DNA from: Phoronis australis
Taxonomy: Eukaryota > Animalia > Phoronida
Direction: 5' to 3'
Assembly (NCBI GenBank): GCA_002633005.1
Contig: NMRA01000005.1
Location: 1,341,855 to 1,405,854 of the forward strand
Length of the DNA: 64,000 nucleotides
Shown piece by piece: positions 12,101 to 24,100 of the stretch. Both the position numbers and the translations under genes were made by a program. Numbering within the stretch: position 1 is the stretch's first letter; each line of letters opens with the position of its first letter. A model generated the notes under the pieces. It did not search any database, was not told the DNA's origin, and worked only from the letters and a program-made list of their open reading frames with translations.

Positions 12101-15100
12101 TGGGATTCGACTATTTTAGCCACCTGTGGGCCACTGGACATGATTTCAATACTGATGATGTCACTATCCTAGACTGTTAGGAAGGGGTGTTAAATAAGCA
12201 TTGAGAGTCCGTCTTTAAATAAAAGAGGCGCTTTAAGATTTGATTAGTCACACAAATGACATGGTGTTCTGATGTCAATGCTGCGCCACCTGGTCAAAAC
12301 GCCACCAGTTGGCCAGAAAAACGATAACGTCACAAGCCAAGCTGAAGTATGTGAGATGCGGACGCAACATCGCTAATGTTTTGTAAGTTTTTATTCCAGT
12401 ATCAGACTCAAACTTTATCAGTCTTAGTTACTATTGAATAACATTTAATTTGCACAAAACCGTAGAGGCAACAGAAAAATATCCCACAACAGTTAACAGC
12501 AGATTCACCAGTTCAGTACTGGAGAATATCTCCGCAGAGAAAGCAAGGAACCTTCATTCACATAACAGGTCAATCTCACCAGGACCAGGCAGACTAGTGA
12601 TAATGGTTATAACTGATAAGAAGACTGGTCTGGCCGATGGGGAGGGAACGTTGTGAGCTGGCTCACGTACAGCAACTACATTACCCCAGTCATTGTCACG
12701 TACCTAATCTGACTTCTCCAGACATCCTCAAGGAGGAGTTATAGATCGTCGTCTGGTTATGATGCATTGCACAATAGATACCATAGATTTGCAGAGCTTT
12801 AAGGAAATGTGCATTACGAAATAGAAGTGTTCTGTGATTGAAGCAGTTTTGATTTAAACTACTTCAGGGCTTGGAATGATCAATGACAAAAAAGCGGACA
12901 ATTTTCCAAGTGACGTATCATTCCACAAATAAATAAGCTTCAGCAATAGAAATAGCTTTTTGTTGAACAATTTAACAGAAATAAACCCTTTCACATGAAT
13001 AAAGACAAAAGAATGATAAAAAGAGACGGAAAAAAGAAGAAACTGGGAAACAAATATTTAAGAGAAAATTTAAACTAAAAAATAAGAAACCTTTTTAAAA
13101 AACGAAAATTCTAATCCCTGTAAATAGTCAAAGTAGATGTGATGTTTGGACTGGCAGTTTGTAATAGCTCAAGACCAGGCTCTGTAAGTTGGTTGTCACC
13201 ACAGGTCATATTCATAACCTCAAGCACTGACAAAACATCAGTTCTGTACCAGATAAAAAATTATTTCTTAGAATAAGGAACCGATACAAATTTTCTAGCT
13301 GTAAATCACCTACAGTTAGTTTCTTAGATGGAATGTGGGCTCGCAAAAACTTTAAAAATGCTTCACAAAACTGGACCAATGAACAGCAGACGCAGAGTCC
13401 AATAAAGTGTAAGCTAAAATCATCAATTTAGGACACGACATGGCGGATACGTGAAATGTTATTTTTTCACAGAAGACGTGCAGCAGCAGATTAACACTTT
13501 GCTGTGTTCAATCTACCAAGACAGTATTTTGAAAAATTGTGGACTCCTACAACAAAACGAAAAAATAGTAAATTTGTCAATTATTTTGTCTGAAATCGGT
13601 GCAATTTCACTGTACACGTTCACAAAAAATCTAAAGACCAGTCACATTCTAATTGCCGAGGCACAAGGGAGGATGTACCTTTTTCTATCACAGCCATCAA
13701 TTAATAAGGATTAACAACACAACTGGGCGAAATTTGCAACGCTTTCGAAACAAGCGTCTTTTAGGTGCATCTTGAAACAAGCCAGGATCACATACACAAA
13801 AACAGAAATTCTGTTGAAAGCCTAGCTTACCAACTCATCCTTTTGTGTTAGTGCACTGGGTATGTTTAAATGGAATTAGGAGTCCCATCAACCATGTTAA
13901 GACCAATTAAATACAGGTGTACCACTGCAATTAACTGCCAAGATCCCTTGGTTAACTAGTGTAAATGATTATCAGATTGAACTGCTGATGAACGCGGCTA
14001 CTAACCATGATCTAACTACAGTCTACCAAGCCCCAAACACTCCCAAAGCACACACACACCCAGTGATGACCAATTTGTACTAAATAACAGATCCATATCA
14101 TGACAAGCAGGTATTGCAGGTGCTTTCAACTGCACGGCCACGTACATTTGCCAAGGTGTGCAGGATGTAGAAAAATGGTAAAATCATTAATTTCTCTTTC
14201 CTTTACCATTTGGGAAGTCCAGTCCAACACAACTCCACCTGCCTTTCACACTGCGACTATTGAGAGCGGGAATGACGAACGTCTAATTGAATCGCGCGTG
14301 ATTGACATCGCGGCCTCTAACAATTACAGCGGCCACGGTGGAGTTAATGTTTATGACTGCAGCGGAGTTGCGGAACTCCACACTTTAATCCACCAATTTT
14401 GAGAGGGGTTATGATGGCTAAGTAGGTCCAGGAATTACATTTTCCCATAGAGCAAACTCCGCGAAGCAGCAGCTGTTTCGGTAGGAAAGCGACAAAAATG
14501 TAAAAAGATGTACCATCTCATTCAATACTCACAGAAGAGTGCACAGATTTGTGGGTAAAAGTCAGCATTTCCAACGTCATTTTCAGACCTGGCGTGCCAA
14601 GAGAACCGTGGGGACGCCACATAACATGCAGTGAAATGGGTCTCAAGGTTAACTCTAGCTTACAGCACCCCTAAAGTCACACCCCTTTCTGGTTATCGTG
14701 AACCTGAAGACAGTCATACAATATTGGCCAAATGTTAAATTCTTGGTGTCACCACTTTTGGTCATCCTCTTAGTCACGATATTTATGATTACATCAATGC
14801 AATTTTTTGTTTTCATCAGGCAAGACGTAAGACACGTATTTTTACAGAGTCAATTATCAACAATTACACCATTGCCTTAATGGTCTTTCTTGCACAATGC
14901 CTTATCATGTGAAAATCGCTGCGTTCACGTGAACATGACGTGAACATGACGTGAACACAGTGTAACTGTCTGTTTTGTTACTGTTGGCAAAATATCAGGC
15001 TACGACAAACACGAAACAAAAATGCTTTCTTACAAATCTCATAAATCATTAACACACATCTCCCTATTACGTCAATATTTAATTGAAATTCCATTCACGA

Positions 15101-18100
15101 GGTACTCATTCTCAGCTAACGGGCAACATTCGTTTACTTGATACGTCCCCCCCATTCCTATAATGTCAGCATTATAAAATTATGTTTTTGCAACGGTTGC
15201 CTCTTTTTAATCACTGGCCACTGGCAAATCGAAGATTCCTATTTTTCATTCTTGTTATGTCCCTGTTTAATAAACATTCTGATAATGAATCATTAATTTT
15301 CAACAAACACAGCCACTTTAGCTCATGTCTCTAATTAATGACTACAAGTGACTACAAGTTATAATAGTACACAGACCTAGTAAACAAAGTGCATGGCAGC
15401 CCCAACTTCCCTCAGCTTAGCATGCCACCTTGGCGTAAACAAACGCCTCTGGGGGATATTTCCATCTGCAGACAAGAACTGAAGCCGAGATCTTAATGAG
15501 AGAGCAGAAACTAGGCTGGGCGAAGAAAAAAACGTTGACCACGAATCAATATTCTCCAGGAGTGTCAAGGGATGACACGCGAAAACAAAAGCTTTAGAAA
15601 ATAAGTCATTTCCTGTTATCAAGGCCACGAAACCAACCAACCAATGAACAAGATGATAAACTGCATGATGCACCAGAGGAAACAAGTTTTAACACAAGGT
15701 TAGGGGGCGCAATGCACGTGGCTTTGCCATTTTTGTCCCCACCTCAACATAGAAACAGACGCACAGAAATGCTTGTAACCAGGGGTGGAACCAGGATTTT
15801 GAGTTGGGGGGAAGGGGCAGGGCAGAGTATTAGCCAGGATTTTGCCCATAAGACATTCGCACCCGTGAACTGCCAAATGGAATCTGGGAAAATTTTACAA
15901 AGGGGCCATGGTCTCCTTGCCCCCCCCCCCTTCATTCCGCCACTAGCTGTTCTAAATACGTTTTAAACCTGTAAAATGCTACGAACCTTTCGGTTTTGCT
16001 TCAAGATCAAGTTAGAAGCAAAAAATATGCTTGAGGGATAAAAAGTTTGCCGACACAACTTATGGGAAAGCAGAAATGTTATTTGCGCGTGTTAGTGTGT
16101 ACAATGCTATCCCATTTTTTTCTTTGATTTTGAAGACGGAGAGGAAGTGCGCCAGGCAGTTAAAGAAGATGATTCACATCATCACTGCAGTTAATAACAA
16201 ATACAAATCGACCAAAGAGAAAAAAAAACTTTTTAGTTTTCCATCTGTATATTAATAAATTCTGTGAAAACGTATGGATGCAAAAACCAAAAATGCACCA
16301 TGCAATTGGAGATCAGCCATTTGGAATAATCTAACAAGCAAAGGGACTCGCGCTAACGCAGGCCAGTGGGAGTAGCATGCTGAGGTGATATCAATATTTT
16401 AACACAGCTATTGCCTCCACAACTTATTATGAGACATCATGACAGTTTATAATAGATTCAGGCTCCCACAGCTCGTTCATTCCAGCAATTGATAATTTAA
16501 CGTGCACAAGAAATAAGGGGTTTTAAAATTTAATTTCCTGTTAATTTCTATTAAGCTAAATAATATTCTTAGGCACTTGGATAAACAAAACCCAGTAGGC
16601 CAAAAATAAAGAGCATATACCATAATTCAAGTGATGACTAGAGGTAGACATAACTGCAATAGCTGAGAGCAATGTGCTGAGAAGAGCTATTACAGAGATA
16701 ATCAGTTGGAAATATTAGCCTATTCTCCAGCACATGCAAACAGGAAGTGAGCTTTACACAATGACTGACATTTCCAGGTCAAAACACAAGCTTGGCAAGG
16801 GAGTTGGCAATCGATGACATAATTCCTGTTTTTGCAAATAACCATTTCATATGGTGTCAATAAAACTAGATGAAGAAAACACATACAATCCCTGCAGGGA
16901 AAACAACAACATCACTACACAGACGTTTTTCATACAACTCTTACTAAAGAGACTACAGGGGCCTTGGGGATCCATTTTATGAAAAGAGACTTAAGGAAAC
17001 AGCAAAAATTCTCTAGATTCGGACAGTGAAAAATGAACTCTTTTCCTCTGGGTCACAGCTTGTACCAAAATTTAGAAAAAGGTAAGATTGGCAATCCCAA
17101 TTTAAAGAATTATGATCACTGACTAAGGATCACTCATCTCAATGTTGCATACCAGGGAGAAATATGAATATGTAGCGAATGATGTTGTAGAAAACAGTGA
17201 GAGCGTTCTTGAGATCTAAGCTGGAAATTTGTATCAAAGAAAATTTGATCAAGTTATTGATAGGTTCTTTTGTTATCAACGAATCTTTCTTTTTGCTACA
17301 TTTTTCTTACAAAGACATGGTCAGGTGACCTGATTAATGCCAGACAGGACAAGAGTAAAAAACCAACAAGCTTTCTACTTTCAAATACTATACTTTTTAC
17401 TGGGTAAAATCTAGTATTTTGTAGATATTAAGCTTACTATACGGACTTAACCATAGGGTCATACATAATGTTAAAAAGTTTACAGGCTTTCTGAAAATAT
17501 ATCCATAATTTCATGGTGCACATAACACTTTTCATGAAATATTTCTTTGACATGCCAACAATGGGAGATTTCGAGAAGAAACGGAGCTGGATGCAAGCGA
17601 CCTCTAGAGGACCATGCAAATTAGCTTTTGTTTAAAATACACGACACCTAATCGCATACAGTGCGAAAGGGTCTTTTCACAAAGTCAAAATTTTCGAATC
17701 TGCCGCCCGCTGTGAAGAAGTACACCCTGCCACAGCCAGGTGACATCTCTGGTCCAATGTTATCAGCCCTCATTACTAAGCAAAACCTTAATTCAGCAAA
17801 TTGTGAATAGGGAGCATAGGTCAACATGTTTGATAAAGCCTTGAAGTTAGGTTTCATGAAACAGATCCTAGAAGGATGTCTAGAACATGTCATTGGGTTT
17901 TTAGATGAATTTGTTTCACCTCTGTTAGCTACAAATTACCCAGAAGTGCCTAAATCCTGGAAGAATTACAAGGGGGCACGGACATTTGTGTGTTCTCCAA
18001 AACTGCTTTTTGTACAATTACTTGAAAATAGAAAATATTAAAGGAAATTTTCGTGATAATTTTAATTCCAATAGACCACTTGCGAGTTGTATGAAGGTCA

Positions 18101-21100
18101 CGCGTGAAAACACGAGAGCAGATAAAATGTCCGGAAACAGGGGACAAAGTAGGGAGAATTGATAGTTTATCTTGTGTACCACTGTGCTGCGAATGTCGAT
18201 AGCTGCTACTTATAAATCTCATGCGTAACGTACTCGTAACATAACATTTCGTTAGTAATGAGAATTTGTGATTTTAACTGCGTCATTTGAGTGGTGTTAA
18301 CTCACATTGCTCTACAAAATGCCCGTGAAACATTGTAGTTACGAAACTTGCAACAGTGACACAAGATATACAGTAGGCAGTGACCAAGACGACAGGAGGG
18401 TTCAGCCAACCAGCTAGATGTACGACTACTGTAGCCAAAACACAGCTTGGAACCACTGTGTGTATTAGCTTCCTCGCACCCCAAAGTTTCGTACAGCCTG
18501 GGTAGTTCTGCTCCTCACCTCGTCGTGAAACTTCTATTGAACATGTAGAACTAACACATGTAGAACTAACAACCGGCGGCCGAGGGGAGGGTGCATGCAA
18601 ATTTGGGAGTCAACTGATACCCACCTTTCTCATTGCAGCCATTCAAGTTAAAAACTATCTAATTAATGACAGTTTCCTGCACAAATCTCCTCTTTTTGTA
18701 ACAAACGAATCGTAGTTTTCAACACTACGCACGTGACACGTGCACTCACCGTTTCCAAAAATTTTGTGACATCTCTCGGGAGATGATGATAGCTTCGCAG
18801 TGGCAAAATTTGTTCTGAAATTCGGTTTGCTGGTATCAAAATATCAAAAATTAGTAAAGAAACCAAACCATTCCCGATAATGTGTTGTGACATTTACGCA
18901 ACCTCTTTGCCAGGAAGCGAAGAAAAGTTGATTGAAGACGGAATCACCGGGAGAAAAAAGAAATTGGCCAATTTGTGACACAGTATTTCATGGCCCCGAA
19001 AGCCCACACAAAAGATTCTAACACAATTTTAGCAGCAGAATAACTGCAGAACGCCAATTTTCGAACACTGGTAAATAATTCAGTTTACTCAAGGAAGAGT
19101 GCAGTTTTTAATGACATTAATTTGTGTCAGATTTTATTTGGTCAGTATTTAACCTACATGGATGCAAAGATTTGCAGAAAGGCTACACACAAAGTGGTAT
19201 CTAGCTGTATTTTGACGACAGATTCAGCGATCTAATAACCACCGACAAAGTTGTTGGTGGCACAGTCGTCGACGCAAAACGTTCTCTTAACACTAAAAAT
19301 AATAAAATATCCTACACCAGACGAATGAGGCTACATACAACACAATGACAAATATGACAGGTTATGTCACCCAACACGTGACATCATAACTGCTTACGAT
19401 GACCGCCAATAAACCCGCACGTGGTCAATTGTATTACTTTCAGTTAGACAGGAAATGGAGCATCCCACTCCCTCCGCCTGCTACGGACTACTTATCCGTT
19501 CTTTATTCAGTTGCAAGAATTAGTCTCGCATGTTTCCTTGATCACGAAACACTCGCATCAAACGAACGTCAGAGAAGTCACCATACATTCAATCAACATG
19601 ATTACATCACGGCCACGCTCTTAACCACCCCCTCTTTCTTAGTTTATGAGCGAGCGCAAACGACGCGGATATGACTTCATCACGATCTTGCTGCCAATAA
19701 TTCATACTGGATCTCTAATTGATTGGCAGCCAGTGGCCGACACCCACGCACGTCTAGCATGGGTATTGAACAGGTGGACCCCTGCGCGCCAATGCGAAAC
19801 TACGTCAGAACTGACGCAGATGGATACAATGAACGCACAATTTTATCCATACAAAATCCACTCGATTTTCAAGTTGAATGCACACACTGGACAATGGGAA
19901 AAATTCAACTGTAAGAAGCTGCTTAAACAGGTATATGAGTATAACCCGTACATCAATTTTAATCCCAACCAATCAATTTCCCCAACTGCCTTGAACTCAC
20001 CAACTTTGCCTTACAGTCATTTGAATGCATTTTTGTGTTAAGAAAAAGAAAGTCCATGCAATTGATGATTTAACGGAAATTAATGTTAAAATTACTACAT
20101 GATTTCTTTCATTAAATGTAACACTCAAAAATGATGAAAATACCTCGGGTATAATGAAAATGAAAACGTTTGTAAATTACTTACACGTAATCAAGTAAAT
20201 CAGTGTTTAGTGCAATGAGTCTGGGTTTAAGGCCTGTGCACATCAGATGCAATGCTTTTTAAAATTAATTGCATATAAGTTATCACTTAAATTACCAACA
20301 AAATCAATAAAGTGAAGAAAAAATCCATTTAAAAGGCAAAAAGTCAATCTCTACTACCTAAAAATCAACAATGGACTTTTAATTTTTATCAAAATTTCAA
20401 TTCATTTAAAAAACGAATAAGTCCAATCCCATTCACAATAACACAAGACTGACCCCCCCCATTGTGTCATGGTGATTACGCTATAGGTAAACAAATCTGA
20501 CGTCATAGGGGCAGCAGGCAAATATTTGATTTTAATATAAGCCACATGACAAAATTCCAAAGGAACCAAGATGAGTTGATGCTAATGAAAATAAAGATTA
20601 TGAACCTTTGAGAAGAAAGATTGCACAACAGTGCCAAATCCCATATCCAACCAATCTGGCACATCAAAGTTGCCTAGGCAAACACCCCAGATTCCACAAT
20701 GCTGGAGCACCAGGACTTATCTCCCCTAGACCAAGCAAGCCAAGAGCCAGACTTGTCTCCCCTGATGTCTGAACAAGTCACTGCACATCATTTGAATTTT
20801 AACGTTGGACCAGAAGATTAAAACCTTCGAGGCATATATTTAAGTACATGTTGGACACAAATACAACAAAGAACATACAAAATGGAATGTGGTCTATCTT
20901 GGTACTTGAAATTGAACTTGGAATTATTTTTGACATTTTCCGATCTACAGTTGTGTAAACTCAAGATGGGTGTCTTTGTTTCCTCGAGTATGTTACGGTT
21001 TATGGCGATGAGCATCTAGTTCAAGTTTGCACTTGATGACCCCTAGATTCCAGCTACAAACTAAAGAAAAAACTTAAGATTTCTAGAAAAAACTCCAAAT

Positions 21101-24100
21101 TTTGAGTTCAGAATCATACTTATATCATAAATGCACACATCACAAAGAATTTGTCAAAGAAAATCGGCATATGTACGAAAATTTCTCAATGTCATCACTT
21201 TTCATGACACTTTCAACTGTTCAGCCTCATATTGATTATTGTGTACCAGTTTGGGGGCACACTAGTGACACACTTGTCAGCAAAGTCCAAGTAACCTAAA
21301 ATAGAGCAGCCGGGGTTATCCTGGCTACTAGAATTAAGGACACCTGTGTCTGACCACTTGTACTCCAAGCTTGGATTTATAAAAAAAGTAATAGAAATAA
21401 ACATCTCTCTGCCTGTTGCATGTACAGATGTGTCAATGGCTTGGCTCCAACATATCTCAACTACAAAGTCAGTAGCAGTCAAGCTGTATACTTCCATTGC
21501 TGGTAATGTTTCATTAAAAAAAATAATTGAAACCGAGACCAGAAAGAGGTCTTTCATTTACGCTGCTGCTGCAATATGGAACTCTCTTAGCCCAGAAATT
21601 AAACGCTGCGATTCAATTAATGCCTTTAAATTTAATATTAAAAAGTGGCTGTAATTTATTTACCCACTCTTACACTTGTACCTGTCTTAATTATGTCATT
21701 TTTCATTACTGTAAGTACTCTCACTATTCAGTATCCTTTTTACTTAATTTCACATCTCTTAATCTAATTTCATCATCCTTCGTCATTAATTTATTACCCA
21801 AATTCTCAACCTGTTTTAATTGTTGCTTTGTTATGTGTATTTAATTAGCGTTTGCCTACTTTATTGTATTATATTGTACTGTATAGCATCCTGTAGTTGA
21901 GGGCCCTCTTGGAAAGCAATGCTGACACTGAAGAGGCCACCTTCATTTTAAATATTACAATAAATTAAAAATCAAAAATTAAAAAAGTCAAGCATAAGCC
22001 AGGATTAGACAGCTACTCAAATGGACCATAGTGTACTGACTGAAGCTGATCTTGAATTCTCACAAAAGTAAAACTTGCAGAAAATGTCAAAATATCCTCA
22101 AACTCAATTTCAAGTACAAAGAAGAGACCCGGGTCTGTTTCACTTGATGACGTTTGCGGAAATTCATGGTAAAATCTCTCTTTATGTAAAAATGTGGCTA
22201 CCCAAACAACTGCTATTGTTTTAAAGGCAGTATCAAGACAGAACATCAACTTTCAAAATAAACTGGACATACCAAGACAGAACCCTGTCAAGCAAGGTCA
22301 AACGTTGACGTACTTAGGAGCACAATTGTTTTGGCAATGTGACAGACATATAGTGCAACTGTTAACCCTTAATCAGATATTAAATAACCATTATTGCACC
22401 CCAACCACTACTTATGAAAGGCACAATGAGACGGCATGTTAAATGGCAGGCCCAGAGGTGTACGTGAGATTTGGACAAGGTTTTGCCAGAGTTGAGGTAC
22501 ATCCTAATTTCATTAAAACTTTTTCCTTAGTCCAACTTTCTCCAGTGTAGTTTGAAAATTACGTTAGTCACTTGCAGGGTCCCTGAATTTTGCCAACCAG
22601 TTTTCCGCACTGTATAACGAGCATCAAACTGGGTCTCAACATTTAGGACCCTGTCAGCGAATAATGCCAAAACTACTGTACGAAGCGTTCTATACGAAAC
22701 CCGACCTTGCTTGGCACACATTGCGATGAGCGAGACAAGACCCATCACAAAGCCTAAGCTAGCACTAGTGCTTATGACCACTTGTTTTTTCCCCAACAGC
22801 AGATTCCTTTCTTCTTCAAACAAACATGATACCTTTAAGAATTGAAATTTCAGAATGAGCAACCCGATTATCGCTAGGTGATGTTGATGAAGGAATGGTC
22901 CTCTATTATAACTAGGACAGACTGAGAACAGTAACCTGGTGACCATTACGTAGAGACAATAAACTCGAGAAAGATCACGCAAGTCTTCACGAGATGTCGC
23001 CATGTATTGAGGGATGTACTTAGGCCTCAAATGTCCAGTCGTCAGTTCGGCAACAGAAATTGTCCAGCCTAAAGTCAGGTTGCCCAGCTTTTAAAATAGC
23101 ATGCTTTTCAGTACTCAAAAGTCCCATTTTCCAGTGGCACAGCCAATAAACTGGCTATCATATCTTGGTCAAAAATCGTTTGTTAATTAGGCTGACGACG
23201 CCATCTATTCACCTGCTCTTTGCTCAAGTACAGTGAGAATTCCTATCTAATATGACCAAGACAATGCTCCAGAAATGAGCTCAATGTTAGCAATGAAGCT
23301 GATCTCCAAGTAGAAACAACACACCGAGGAGACGACTTATTTATTTGAACTCCACACAGAAAAACGATAAAGCGCCTAACCGTTCCAAAAATTCGCTCTC
23401 GATCTGGGCAACCAGCCAGATCTTCTCGCCCAGCACCATTTTAGTCACACTAGTGATTGGTTGAGTGGCTAAGTACATCCCTGGTACGACAAACAAAGCA
23501 CGTGACCACACACTAGCGGCTTCTTGAGTCCACGGAAAAGGGCTTGGAATGACCAATTACGAGGAAGAGGAAAATTTTCCAGGTGATATATCGTTCCACA
23601 AATAAATAGGCTTGTGAGATAAATATATTTTTTTGAATTGTAAAAATTAATTGAAATAAACGTTTTTATATGAATAAAGTCAAAATAATGATAAAAAAGA
23701 GACGAAGAATGAGGAAACTGGAAATCCAATAAGAGGCAACTGAAACCAAAACGGAGGAAATCCTCTAAAAAAAGGAAAAATCGAAGCCCCGAGGGAACCC
23801 AGCCCTGAACACAATTACCGATGTCATTTGTGAAGTGAGGGCCCCGCATTACACACGTGTTTATACAAGTGNCACCGAGGAGACGACTTATTTATTTGAA
23901 CTCCACACAGAAAAACGATAAAGCGCCTAACCGTTCCAAAAATTCGCTCTCGATCTGGGCAACCAGCCAGATCTTCTCGCCCAGCACCATTTTAGTCACA
24001 CTAGTGATTGGTTGAGTGGCTAAGTACATCCCTGGTACGACAAACAAAGCACGTGACCACACACTAGCGGCTTCTTGAGTCCACGGAAAAGGGCTTCGAA

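Noticed and set aside
19194-19242. miR-9-like string tggtatctagctgtat in a weak hairpin
   Set aside because: Lacks the miR-9 seed (CTTTGGT) and the conserved star arm
21107-21198. Box C/D snoRNA candidate on the minus strand (GTGATGA...CTGA); similar case at 10783-10871
   Set aside because: No terminal stem and no rRNA/snRNA-complementary guide that I could recognise
22527-23030. 167-aa minus-strand ORF in the RPL29 intron
   Set aside because: Non-ATG start, no recognisable domain or convincing splice boundaries; treated as chance pending BLAST
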